This document shows, in pieces, positions 50,461 to 63,576 of a stretch of DNA of 64,000 nucleotides. Origin of the DNA: Trichodelitschia bisporula (taxonomy: Eukaryota). How positions within the stretch are numbered: the first letter of the stretch is position 1; each line of letters opens with the position of its first letter. The position numbers and the translations under genes were made by a program. The stretch spans positions 1,134,691 to 1,198,690 of the forward strand of contig ML996689.1 in NCBI GenBank assembly GCA_010356995.1, given 5' to 3'. Below the pieces are notes generated by a model that was not told where the DNA came from, searched no databases, and saw nothing but the letters and a program-made list of their open reading frames with translations.

Positions 50461-50975
50461 CCAGCAGCTCCGCCGCTATGTTGCGCAGAAACATCATGGA
50501 GGTCGGCAGCCCACGCCAGTTGTCCGCGAGCCTTGGCACGTGTCACATGCTGGCGGGTGGCCGTCTTGTGCGGCGGGCAGCGCACAGTGCCATACCACGT
50601 GAAGTAATGCCATCTATTAATGCCAGAGAGTCATAGCTAGTACTGCATCTACAGTCGCAAGTAAAATCGCAAAGGGCCATAGCAGCTATCAGAGTTGGCT
50701 GACAGACAAAGCGCAGCTACAAGCATGCATCAACACAAGTGATACCACGTCTCAAATTGATAATAACAAGAGCCACGCGGCATACCGTCGCCAAGCGCCC
50801 ACAAGCCCACGAGCGCCATATCAAAGAAGCTGTTGAGGTTACAAGGTGAAGGTCAAGAAGTCGTGCAGTGTTCAACTCGATATCCACCGCTCATTACCAC
50901 ATCTCCTCATCGCCATGCTCGAATCGTATCGTTGCATTGGTCATGACCCATCCCCTCGGTGCCTATCACCCAAGT

Positions 50976-52553
50976 CTAGTAAGCGGGCTCCGGCGCGGGT
51001 GCCTTCTTCGCAACAGGATCAGTAGGTGCAACAGGATCAGCATGGGGGGCGCTGGGGAAGTCGGTCGGCTTGACGGTACCAGTCTTCTGGCGCGCTGTGC
51101 CGATGTAGTCCTGGGCAACCTTCGAGTATTCGCTAGCGTAAGTGCGTACCGACTCAGTAGCCCGACCCGTGTGCTGAGCAGCGAGATCTTTGACCTGAGT
51201 TGCCTGTTGGTTGATGACATGGCCAGCGTTCTGAAGATGCGCATCAATCGCCTCCTTGTTCTGAAGGTAGATCAGAGGCGCAAGGTAGGCAGTGGATGTC
51301 GCAATCAGCGACAGGCCCCAGAGCGGAACCCACTTGACGAGCCAGTAGGAGATGAAGGAAGCGCAGAAGGCCTACAGGTTCGTGTCAGCGTGGGAATTGA
51401 ATTGAGCATGAAACATACCGCAGACGTGACCCAGACGTTCTCCACGAAAACAACACGCTGGAACTCGATGACAAAGAAGTTGATGAACTGCTCCGCATCG
51501 TCCAGGAAGCGCTCGAGAGACTCCTTCGGGATGACAAAGTACGTGCGAGGGCGCAGCTGCGTGGCCAGGCCACTGCCAAAGACAGTACGCCCAGCAATCT
51601 CCGCGGACGCAGTAACTGCGGCCATGTTAGCTCCCTAAATTATGCGTGCCTAGAATACGTACTACCCAGCACCAGATACAGAGCCTTGAAGATGTAGCGG
51701 ATGATGTTGAGGTAGCGGGCAGCAAAGATGAAGAGAACACTCAGGGCGAAGGAGATGGCGGTCGCGCGCGGGTTTTTCCACTGCTACTGTCAGATCACGA
51801 TTAAAACGGTCGTAACTGAATCTTACGCTGAGAAGCCGGTAGAACAGCGAGTGGTAGTCTAGATGCGCATCAGTGGGCGGTTTGTAGCACTATCGTGAGA
51901 CCTACGGGTCAACGGCTGGCCAGTGGCCGCCGGCTGCTCAGGAGTCCGACGCGAATCGGCGAGATCCTGAAACTCCGACGTCGTTTTCGCAGCCTGCGTC
52001 TTGACAGACTCGCCGACGGGGCCTATTATGATAATTAGATGCTGCAGCATTGCACGCGAAGGATGTCTGCGATTTGTAAGCTGCTGGCTGCAATGTGGAG
52101 TTTGTGCTGCGATAACCTACCTTACCGTTGGCGACAGTATCCGTCAGGTTCTGCGTCACCGGGTGGTTCTGGATATTCGTCATGGCTGCTGAAGCGGCTG
52201 CAATGGTGTGTTAATTCGGAGGGGTGATGTTGCGGCGATGGAGTGGAAAGATAAGGAAGCTAGCTCCTGGGTAAAACTGCAGGCAGACATGGCGCGTTAG
52301 CAGGGACTGGGCAACCAACGCCATCATCGTCACTCGGCGTTCCATTGGGAGGAGACCAACAAACCTTACTGTTGAACACGGTGTCCTTCGCCTTTTGGGC
52401 AGAGTTCGCAACAGAGTTCGCAACAGAGTCACGAGAGTGTCCGTTCATGTTGCTGTCGTTCACGTTGGTGCTGTGGTTATTGGACGGGGAGAACGGATCG
52501 ATGTCAGGGTAGGTCTGCTTCGGCAGTTCAACGTGGGGAGGAGCGTCCGACAT
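50976..52553 (-). CDS. rtnA: Reticulon-like protein (RtnA/Cwl1 type)
   Basis: PAATGQPLT|HYHSLFYRLLS|WKNPRAT, EQFINFFVIEFQRVVFVEN; multi-exon; first two intervening sequences 52198-52369 and 52023-52125 have stwintron structure; TAG at 50976. Confidence 0.9.
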
Positions 52554-53348
52554 GATCGGGGAACTTTGTTGGGGGAGAGGATGCAGTAGGTGAAGGACAA
52601 CTTCAAGAACGTGGAACGGATTTGGGGCGAATTGAAGATTTTCAGAGGTGAATGGGTTGGAGAGGAGTGAAAGGTACAGTGGATGGTCTGAGGTGATGCA
52701 ATTTTTTTGTTTTGTGGTCGTGTGCCTCGAAGCCTGTTTGCACCTGCTTGAAGCTGCTCCAAGGCTCGAAACGATGACGCTTTGCGCTACCCATGAACCC
52801 GCGTCGTCGTTGGCAACGGTGCCGCAGATTACGCAGGGGTTGGCAACACACAAACACGAGAACATCGGAAACGACTGCTCTTCGCATCTCGTCTCTTGAC
52901 ACTCAAAATTGGCTTTTACATTAAGATTCGCTGCATTTGTTTTTTGCCTGATAGCGCCTCAGATTCTATCTCGTGGTCGCAGTCGCGCATGCGAGCTGCG
53001 TTGCCCGGTCTGGTCGCCAAATATTCCAATTGAGAGCCACGGCTTGCATGTGATCGGTGACGCAAGAGAAGGGGGCAAGCCCCACCATCCAAACTTGCGG
53101 ATTTGCGACGGAACAAGTTTGCGATGCGTCTTTTTCTTCTGCATTCTACGGAGGTACATGCTCAGATGGCCACGCAATACAGCAGTGCTACAGTACTATC
53201 AATGTTCTACTCTAGTGTTGTAACTCCAATCAAGATGCTCAAAATTCTCCTGCTTTGCAAAGCAGTATGTTTGCGCCCTTAACAGCAGTCCCCACCCAGA
53301 CGACAGCCAAAGATGAAGGAAACAAGTCCGAAGGCCATTTGCTTCAAC

Positions 53349-55012
53349 TTAGTAGCTCCGCGGAAGCCCAAGTGCCTTCTCTGCGACATAATTCATGATC
53401 ATCTCCTACCCATTGGTTAGTGTCACTTCACTTGCTGAACAATTCCACTTACCCGGCTGACAGGAGCGATGCGCGGCACGAAGCACTCCCTCAGATATCG
53501 CTCAACGTGAAACTCTTGCGCATATCCCATACCTCCGTGGCTGAGAACCTGCGAGGAGTTAGAAAATTGAGCATACGGATGCACCGCACTATCACTTCAA
53601 CCTACCGCTCGTTCGCAGGCTGTGAATGCAGCCTCCGCGGCCAAGTACTTCGCCGAATTGCAAGCCAGCCCAACGGCATTCTGTGTGATAGACTTGTCAT
53701 GAGTACTCTGATCGTAGAGTCTGGCGGCATGATAAGTAGCCAGTTTAGCAGCCTCGAGGTGCATATAGGCTGAAGCAAGGGGATGCTGGATGCCTTGATT
53801 CATCCCAATTGGCCTCCCAAAGACTTCACGGTCCTTTGCGTATTTGGCCGCTCTGGAAAGCGCTGCGTAGCCTAGTCCCAAGGCTTCGCCAGCCAAAAGG
53901 CAACGTTCAGCATTCATGCCATGGAGGACAATCTTGAAACCCTGACCCTCTTTGCCAATAAGAGTGTCGGCGGGGATCTTGTAATTGTCAAAGAAGACTT
54001 CATTGGCGTCAATGGCCCGGCCGCCCATCTTCTTGATGGTCTTTAGTTCCAGGCCGGGAGCAGTTTTATCAAAATCGATGAAGAAGAGGGAGAGGCCCTC
54101 TGACGGCCTTTTCAAGTCCTCCAGAGGAGTCGTGCGTGCTAGCAGAACCATCTTGGTGGCGACCTGAGCGGAGGAGATCCATCTACTGTAGTTAGAGAAT
54201 GGCACATGGTTAGCAACGACTGACGTACATCTTTTGTCCGCTTATTCTATAGAAGTCGCCCTCTCGTCTAGCTGTGGTTTTCAACTTCAAAGTCTCAAGG
54301 CCCGTGTTCGGCTCAGTCCTAAACTATTGTCAACGGCTTTAACCCGAGAACGGAATGGCACGTACACTCCGAAACAGACTCTCGTCTCCCCGGCAATTAA
54401 TTTCGGAAGCATCCTTTGCCTCTGCTCTGGAGTAGCAAATTTGGCAACAGGCTTTACAAGTGAGAAAAAGTTTTGATTGTTGATAGGATTTCTTCTTACC
54501 TGAGTTGCGTAGACGTTGGCATGAATGGATTGAGCTCCGGCAATTCCTGCACCGCTCCTGATCTGTTTAGAATTTTACGTGTACTCAAATAGAGCTTCTC
54601 CTACTCTGAGATGGTATGAAGCATCATGGTGGCTTCTGATATTCCAAGTCCAGCCCCGCCAAGGTCTTCGGGCAATGCGATTCCAATCCATCCATCCTTT
54701 GCCAGCGCTCTGTGGAGCTCATGCGGATACTCTCCGGTCTGATCATGCTCCATCCAGTACTCCTGCTTCCAGTTAGTACGGTTGAGTTGAATAAGGGGAT
54801 AAACGAACATCCGGGTAGTTGGAGCATATCTTGGAGATGGCTTCTCGTACGGAAAGCTGCTCCTCTGTGAAGCCCGACATCTCCATAATCTTGCGAGTCT
54901 GCGATGACGAGAAATGTCGAACTCCATTGCGGCAATGGGGGTGCAGAGAAGATATTGATTTGATAGATCTTGGGCGGTAAACCGATCTCAGAATTCGACT
55001 GGTCAACATCAT
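53349..55012 (-). CDS. Acyl-CoA dehydrogenase with mitochondrial-type presequence
   Basis: GIALPEDLGGAGLG, TEPNTGL, GQKIWIS, GMNAERCLLAGEALG, REVFGRPIGMNQGIQ, HGGMGYAQEFHVERY, LGLPRSY*; about 7 introns. Confidence 0.93.
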
Positions 55013-55814
55013 GAGAAGAGAATCGCCTGTTCTACAAAGGACACGGGAAAGGGTCGAGAATTGCAATTGAATTGATGGCAAGCAGGAGGCCTGGCTTTAT
55101 ATACGGATGGCTAGTCGATCACATTTACCACCGTAGCTCGACTCCGCATTCGGGTGACTTATTCCCGGCGCTCCAAGGCTGGCAATTAGAACTAGAGGGA
55201 CAGCCGTGGCAGGTTAGGAAAAGACCGAGCCGATGTTCTAGCGTGCGTTCAGTTTGACATGCAGCATTCGGTGTTTACGGCCATGCAATCTGATATGATA
55301 GGGTGAGCTTCAGATGTAGATAATGGTTTAGTCGCGACTTTTGCGTAAGAGAAGAGTGTTGTTCGATGTGGAGTTGGCCCAAGGCCCGTGATGTTCAAAG
55401 GGCCATCCGAAAAGATCATAGCTGCAACCCCAAAAGTTGCAGCTGCCACTTGCTAAGGCTTTTGCTGGAAAAATAAGCAGACACTATTGAGGACTACGGC
55501 CACGACTTTTTCGGCTAGCCCTTGTTTCCTTCCCGCCTGCTCAGAATGCCTGAGGCAATCACGCACAAGAAGCTTGAGTCTTGGCCCCTGCACCCCCCAG
55601 TTCACCCGCATCGCGAGAACTTGTTGACCCAAACAAAGCGGACCTCATCAACTCCACCAACGCTGCCCTCGACCACCCGCACATACGCACCTCGACTCTT
55701 CTCACTTTTCTATCCGGATATGGCGCAGTATTAATTGACCCTCTACTCAGCATTGCATCGTCCCATTCCCACAACACACTGCCCACCGACGCGTCTTTGT
55801 TTTGGCCCTTCGCA

Positions 55815-58800
55815 ATGGCGCCCCTTCGCACTCGCAAGCTCGACGCGGGCACTCCGCAATGGGTCGTGACGGAGAGACGCGAGGCCAACGACCTCGTCAT
55901 GGATGAGGCCGAGGAGTTTGGATACTCTGTCAGGAATGAGCTGGAGTGGCTGAACGAACACATGAGGGAGATTTTCACATCGCAGAATCTGTAGGTGTCG
56001 CGTTGCCGGCGGCACACTCGCGCTTACGCTCGATAGCAACGTTGCAGATACCTTCAAGACGCCTGGAAAGCTACGCGGCAAGACTCCTCGGACGGCCAGG
56101 AAGCGCGCTGCTGGAGTTGAACGCGCTGTATGTTCCACGCTCCCGCTGCATCTTTCCGTACTAACGCGCTGCAGCCGCTGGCCGATATCTTCGCGCCGAA
56201 CCCCCAGTCTGCGAGCACCAGTCCAACAAAGAATGCGTTTTACAAGCAGGTGGCCCAGTTCCAAGTTGCTTCCGACGCAGCTCTGCCTCCATCATCTCCG
56301 CCTGCACCGACCATCGCACCCGTTGGCGTCGGCAAGGAGAACACTGATTCAGGATACCATGGCATGACGGATGATGAATTCGAGACTGATGAGAATCACA
56401 TAGCTGGCCTCATCACCGAGAAGCTCACGCAGCGTATTCCTAGCCCAGTCTACGAACCTTCGTCTGAGGAAGTTGCCGAGCCTGCCGAAGAGCGCCGAGT
56501 CACGGAAGAGACCTTCGTTTCTGCCAAGGAAGATCTCGAAAGCAGGAAGCTCTCGGCCCCGGACGTGGAAGCTGAACCCGCCGATGACGATACTGTTCCA
56601 GATGAAGAACTGATGGAAGTCGAGACTGAGCCACAGCTGCCGAACCAGGTGGATACTCAAGCCACTGAATCCACTCAACCCGTTCCAAGCTTTGTCTATG
56701 TACAGCAGGCAAAGGAAGCCATTGAGGCCGATCCGGTTGATGGGGAAGTCGAAGCCGATCTGAACGACCAGCTCACAGAAGACGTTCGCTCACCGTCCGA
56801 GGGCTCGAGCCCAGCCAAACCTCTGCTTCGGAAGAGCAGCTTGACCTTCGCTTCACTTCCAGCACGCGAGCCTCTGGCCGGAAAGAAGAGTTTCGGTGCG
56901 CGCACTTCTCGAACCAGTCATATCGACCAGTTCAAAGGTGCGTTGGGCCGCTTCACGGGCGGCAAAAGTTTGGGCGGTGCGCAAGTCACTGCTTCTCTCG
57001 TTAGCCAAGATGGCGAAACACAGCACGCCACTGAATCTTTCGTATACGCGGAGGACTCCAGTAAGCCGATGCTGCAGCGAGAGCCTTCGGAGCGCACCAA
57101 AGTTCATAACCAGACGACTACCCAGCGGCTCACTGACCGAATCAACCTACTAGGGCAATCTCGCGACTTGCGGACCTCAAAGTCGATCACTCACAATGCC
57201 TTTCCTCAGCAAGTGTACCCTCATCTGCCCACTGCCACCGAAACGGCAGAGCGTGTCGCGCCTGAGGTTGTAGAGAAGAGCGCCAACCTAACTCTGGCCC
57301 AAAATTCTCACGCTGTTGACGACGAGGCTGCACCTGTCCAGCCCAAAACTTCACATGAGCAACCAGCGACCAACGCCTTTACCGGCAACACGGTTAGGCA
57401 GGTTCAAGCGGATACCCCGGAACGTCGCTTAGACACGGTACGTACACAACAGAGCCCTGGAAAGCCCATATCTCCATTCCGTACCGGGTTTCCCTTCTCG
57501 CACAAAAAGGCCGTTTCGACCACTGCTCTCGTTTCGCCCACGAGGGCTGCCATGGCTACTTCGCACAAGAAGACCATTTCCGTTTCCAACCCGAGTGTGG
57601 CCGAGTCTATGACTCCTGCTGGATCTCCGAAGCGCCACAACGATGGCCCGCTGAGCGCGTCGAAGGCCAAGCTTTATTCAGTGCTAAGATCCGCAAAGGG
57701 AATATTCGCAAGCAGCGCCGGCATTAGCGCTCAGGCAAAGGTGGAGGCCCTTTCGACAGCACCCCGTCCCAGGCCTGCTACCATCGATGAGGTTTTCAAT
57801 CCGGGCAAAGAGGCTCAAGCTCAGTCGATCTATCCCAACTTTCCTGGTGGCTTTTCCCAGACGAGCTTGCAATCGACTGCAACCAGTGGACCCAGCGAGG
57901 GGCGGCGGACGAGAAGCTCGACTGACCGAGAACAGAAGCAAAGGGAAGAGGAGAAGCGCATCACGCGTATGCAGGAAGAACTCGACAAGGTCCGTGAGAA
58001 GGAGAGGCAAAAGGCCTCAGCCGCGGCCCAGAAAGTGAGCCGAGTCCCGTCGCCATCTAAGGAAAGTTTGGCCCCTCAATCTCATCGGTCAGAGGCGCCT
58101 AGCCGTGCGGACTATGATCGTATGGACGTCGACATGGAGTCCGCCGATGAGATGCCGCCTCCGCCCCCTCCGAAGAGTGGTCTTCCAACTGCCAGCGCGC
58201 AGCGTCTTCGTCAGCCGCGCCGCTTGCCGAAGCCGACGAAGGAGCCTCCTAAGACTCAGTCTGTCCCTGTTACCGTTCGCATGCCCTCGCAGCGGATTGG
58301 CCATGTTCAACCCACGAACTCTATGCTTGCACAGTCGCTTCACGAGTCGCTTCCTCCTGCCCCTCCTCCCAAGGGACCGCCTTCTCTGCATCACTCTTCG
58401 TCCTCGAGCAGCCTGAAGAGTGGTAACTCATCGCAAGCAGCGAAGAAGGCTTTGGACGCCGCAGCTAAAAAGAAGGAACAGGAAATGAAGCTGGCTCAAC
58501 GCAAGGCGGACCAGAAGCGTGAAATTGAGCAGAAGCGTGCTCAGAAGATTGAAGAGGACCGTCGGAGACAAGAAGAAGAGCGCCGCAAAGCCGACGAAGA
58601 CCGTCGCCGACAGGAAGATGAGCGTCGCCGCCAGGATGAGCAGCGTCGCCTTGAGCAACAGCGCAAGATTGCGGAGCAGGAGGCTAAGCGCCTCGCTCAA
58701 AAGCAAGCGGCTGACGCCAAACGTCTCGAGCAGCAGCGCAGGGAACAACAACGCAAGGAAGCTCAACGTCAGAATGAGATGGCTGCCGCCTTGCAGCAGG

Positions 58801-59801
58801 AGAAGGCAGCTGCTTCCGGCCTCCCGCGTGCTGATCTGGGCGGAGCTCGTCCGATGTCGCGGTTGGGCGGGCTGGTGCAAGATCCGTCGCGGCCACTTGT
58901 TCAGATGAACCCTGCTAAGCCGCCAAAGCGCATCATGCAATTTGATGACGATGATGAGCCTCAGCGGCCGACTGCTCAGAGGAATCCTCCTTCGTATCAG
59001 CAGCTGGACTCCAAGCGGCGTAAGACTAATGAGATGGAAGAAGAGGTTGCCGATCAGCGGCGTTCCGTCATGGCACCGCCTATCCGCCAGTCGAATATTC
59101 GGAAGGTTTGTGTTTCTTCTGACTCCATGGAGTCTCCCTCTCGTAGTGAATATTATGATCTAATATTCTATCAGGATAATCCAAAGTTGGCACCTCCTTC
59201 TTGGACATCTTCTCAATCGCAGACATCTGCGCATGCTCAGCACACCGCTTCTATGTTCGTCAAGACGGTCACTGCGCAGCACAACATGCAGCACAACATG
59301 GGCCAGCCGGACATGGCTAAATACGCCAACGCTAAAATCCCCTTCGCCGACGCTCCCAACCCAGGCCCCTCGCAAGGCCAGTTCAAGACGCCGGGCCGCC
59401 CGCTCCCCAAGCCCGGCGCTCAGAAATCCGCCGTCAAGTCTTCACCCCACTACCCTCAGGGCGACAACATCGAGCTGCCGAACATTGCTACCGACTCGGA
59501 AGATGAGGACTCGGACAACGAGTTCCAGGCCGCGGAGTGGACAGCCACGCCCGTGCTGTCGCAGATGCTCTCGCAGCAGGAACTTGTCGATCCGGCGGAC
59601 ATATTCGGCCCTATTGCCCCGCTGCGCATGGAGGAAGTGTTCAGCAAGAGCAAGGACCGGTTCAAAAAGTTCCGTGAGCGCACGAGCAGCGCGAATTGGA
59701 GTGGGTCTGATCGTCTCACGCAGGAGGAGCGGCTGCGTGATATGGAGGCCCGCCAGAAGCTGGTTCGCGATGGCATGTGGACGTATCAGCCTGAGCGGTA
59801 G
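55815..59801 (+). CDS. INCENP: Inner centromere protein (INCENP/Pic1/Sli15 family), chromosomal passenger complex
   Basis: N-terminal EEFGYSVRNELEWLNEHM..FKTPGKLRGKTP; E/R/K/Q-rich helix; C-terminal IN-box LPNIATDSEDED..IFG..RTSSANW; introns 55991-56036, 56128-56174, 59106-59174. Confidence 0.9.
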
Positions 59802-60531
59802 GGGCTTGGGATGGAAACGCTTTGATGACCGGGATATGTGTCGGTGTTCTAGTGGTGCTGGCTTGATTTGGGCGTGGAATGGATGGTGGCGTTCGGCGTG
59901 GACTCGGGCAGTGATGGGATAATATGCTCGAGTGCGTCTACGGGAATGATGACCAGGGGGCGGGCCGACCGTTTTATGTTGAAATGGCCCGCCACTGTAT
60001 GCCTTGTTTGAAATTGTACTCATTACATTACTTGGGTTGTCCCATTGCTTTGCGTTACGTGCCGTATGAGATCATGCTTTGCCCATGGTCCACGTTGACA
60101 TTTTGATGGGCTGTATCTTGCGACCTATGTTCTCGGAGCATATTCCCTTCCATCCACCTGTTCGAAATCAAAAGCAGTAGAACTGGAGGCAGATCCCAAG
60201 CTTGAAGTGGGGAGTGAGCAGGCCACCAGGGATTGAAAACACGACATAAAACATCACGAAAGAAAGCCATGATGAGTTCACATGCTACACAGCCAAGTTG
60301 CACCAGGCACATGGCGTAAACGAGTACGGAGCATCACCCGTTAGCTTTCCGACCCCCGGGTGCCGTGGACCTTGAATGCGGGGAAGATGCGGGAAGGCGG
60401 GGTCGCAGGGATGCGGGGAGCGCACCTGCCCGAGGATAAGGCGGGCCTCCTGCAGGGGCGACCTCTCCGCATTTAACATCAACAGTATCATCACTAGCTC
60501 CCCAATATCACAGAAGCTACCGTACATCGTC

Positions 60532-61436
60532 ATGGCGCCCCCCTCCTTCGGCAGCGGTGCCCCAGAAGAGCCCACCCGTCTCCGCCAAATCGCCCTCGCA
60601 GTCACAGACCTCGAAAAAGAAGTCTCTCTCCTCGTACGCCTCCCGCCCCACACATCCACCCCTCTAACCTGCAGACCTCCATCCTCCCCACCCACGTCCT
60701 CTACCGCGACCCCCGCGTCTCAGTTTGGAACCTGCACAACGCCCTCCTCCCCCTCGGCGGCGATATCCTCGAACTCGTCTCACCGACATCGTCTTCCGCC
60801 CCCGCCGCGCGCCACATAAAGCGCAACGGCGACGGGGGGTACATGATTATCATGCAGCAGCAGGGGGCGAAGGAACGGCGTGAGCAGCTTGTGAAGAGCA
60901 AGCGTGCGCGTGTGATCTGGACTTCCGATCATGAGGAGAGTAGCGCGACGCAGTACCACCCCGCTGACGTGCCGGGTGGCGTGATTCCGGAGTTGGACGC
61001 GCAGTATGGGGCGGGGAAAGGGGTGGAGGTGCGGTTTGGGGCGTGGCATGCGCTTGGTCCGCGACATGAGGAGTATGTGGGGGGGATGAGGGAGACGGCG
61101 GGGTTGGGTCTCCTTGGTGTGGTGTGTAGGCTTAAGGCGGGGGAGGTGGATGTTGAAGGCGCAGCGAGGAGATGGAGGGATTTGTTTGGGGTGGCGATGA
61201 GTCGGGATTTGGTTGCGTTTACGAATGCGAGATTGGGGTTTGTGAGGGGGGTTGAAGGGAAGGGGGCGGGAATTGAGAGTATTACTGTTGGCGTTGCCGG
61301 ACGGGAGAAACTGGAGGATGTGATTAAGAAGGCGAGGGAGAAGGGCGTGTGGAGGGGGGGGACGCATGGGTGGGCGGAGATGTGTGGGGTCAAATGGCAC
61401 TTTGTACAAACGGGGGAGGAAACGAGCAAGCTGTGA
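60532..61436 (+). CDS. Glyoxalase/VOC-like protein ending in SKL
   Basis: RLRQIALAVTDL, NALLPLGGDILELVSP, GDGGYMIIMQ, QYHPADVPGGVIPELD; 41-nt intron 60634-60674. Confidence 0.8.
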
Positions 61437-61629
61437 GTTGTCATGTACAGGTCTTCTTAGACGATCATTACTCTTCATCCAGGCATATGGTCATATCAAA
61501 TCCGTCGTCCATCGTCGATCATCCCACCGAAACTCCAAACCCGAATGCGCCTCCCGCCAGAAACCCGACCTACCCCGAGACTCCAAGTATTACATGACAG
61601 CATTTTCGAAGCCCACCGCACCTTCCTCA

Positions 61630-62401
61630 TCACAGGACAACAACAACCGCCCCGAAAACACCAACCACAACCATCCACCCAACCCGCACACTACTCGCTG
61701 CCCCCCCAAAAACCCCCTTAACAGCAGTCCCACTCGGCGCCTGCCCCGTCGTAGTAGCACTCGGCTTCTGCCCATTCTTCCACCCAGGCGCTAGCGTCGG
61801 CCCCGGCACCGGCGGGCGTACGCCGCCCGTTCCCGCTGCACCCGTCGGGCCAGGAGCGTTGCGGCCCGGGCCGACGCCGCTCGGTTGCCAGGGGCGGCCC
61901 GAGGGGTGGGCTGCACCACCTGAACCACCTGAGCCCCCAGACCCTGAACCGCCTGACCCTCCTGAGCCAGAGCCAGGCCCTGCCGGGCTTGTACCCGAGC
62001 CGGGTCCCGTCGGATGCCCGGGACTCTTTGCGCACGCCGCGGGCCCGTTGACGTAAATATGTATATCGCCCGCCGGTGGAGTCGTCGCGCTGGAAACGAC
62101 GCACTGTGCGTCCCCTGACGAAGGGGAGGTTTGGCGGCACACCATTTGTGGGGGACAGGCGGTTAGGCCTGGTGGTGAGGGGGTGGTGCTGTTGCCACAG
62201 AAGGCGAGGAGGGCGGTTGAGGCGCAGTAGGTGAGTTTGCTGCCGGAGGGGGCGCAGGCAAGGGAGGGTGGTGAAGAGGAGGGGTTGCTGTAGAGGTTAG
62301 TTTAGGTTTGAAGGCGGTTAGGGTGGGGGGACGGACTATGTGAGTTGTGCGTTGGAGAGGGAGAGGGTTGTGAGGAGGAAGGCGAAGAGTAAGCGGGCCA
62401 T
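61630..62401 (-). CDS. Small secreted Cys-rich, Gly/Ser/Pro-rich, probably GPI-anchored protein
   Basis: Signal MARLLFAFLLTTLSLSNA; intron ~62288-62336; 7 Cys in N-terminal half; hydrophobic C-terminus GGAASSVRVGWMVVVGVFGAVVVVL. Confidence 0.8.
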
Positions 62402-63576
62402 TTTGGTGGATGTGAGGAGGGTTGAGGAGGTGGTGATGAGGTGAGGTGCGTCGATAAGGACCGAGGACTGGCGATGTCCGCAGTGGTAGTAATATTGCGA
62501 TGAGGATTAGTTGCACTGCACCACGAGAGTTTTAACAGCGTTAACAACAGAGCAATCAGTCATCGCCGTACCACCATCTTATATCACCCACTGCTCCCCC
62601 AACCCCCGCCTTCCCCCAAGTCCCAGCTCCCCACCACCCAAACACCACCCGCACATCAACCTCCAACTCCCCCCCTCAGTTTCCACAAAACCCCATCACC
62701 ACCCCAACGCCGCACCGACCCCTCAATTATCACCCCGCCAAAATCCAGGGACGACGCTAAAACGTGGGCGGGGAACTGCCACATGCGGTAGGCGCGAGGC
62801 TGGATGTGGCGCTTCCCCAGCCTCTCGCTTGGCGCACGGGCCACTTTGTGGTTGGGGTGGCGCAGGGCTGAGGCTACTATCAACAGGGCTGACAGTCAGG
62901 ACTGGTTTATGATGCACAATAATGCGGAGTGCTCTGTGTGGACTTTGCTTGTTTGTGAAGGGCTGGGCGGGACTGTGCTAGTTGTTGTGGGTGTGCTGAG
63001 ACTTGCGATGTCCGTTGTTGTGGCGTCACGTGACAAGCCGCGATAGAACATCAGCTTCCCGCAGTCTGCAGCTGGCGACAACGCGGTGGCCAGAGCGTAG
63101 ACATCGAACTGAGCAATATTGTAGTCAGAGGCAGACGGGATCGTTTATCTCACCCCGCTCGCCACAAAGAAAAGCGTATACACCATTCAACCCCCCCTTG
63201 GAGGGCCCACCCACGCCTATGTACCCCCACAGTCTTCTCCATCGCCCTCCCCTCAAGCGTCCAGCACATCTAGACCCATCAACTTGTCTCGCAAGCAGTA
63301 GAAGCCCCCCACCCTCTCACCATCGCTCTGGAAACTCCATACGCACAAGGTATCACACGCGGGCGCACCCCCCATCGCCACCAATGCATCACAGATCAGT
63401 AGCGCAAAGGGAAAGGGAGAAACAGAACCCTCGCAAAAAAACGCCGCAGCCTGCCTTACACACCCCACATACCCAAGTACCCCGCCCCCCGTCATTCCTC
63501 GTCGTCTATCTCATAGTACACGAACCAGCGTCAATCTCCCTCATCAAACGTGTATTGAACAGCTGCGTAACTCGGA

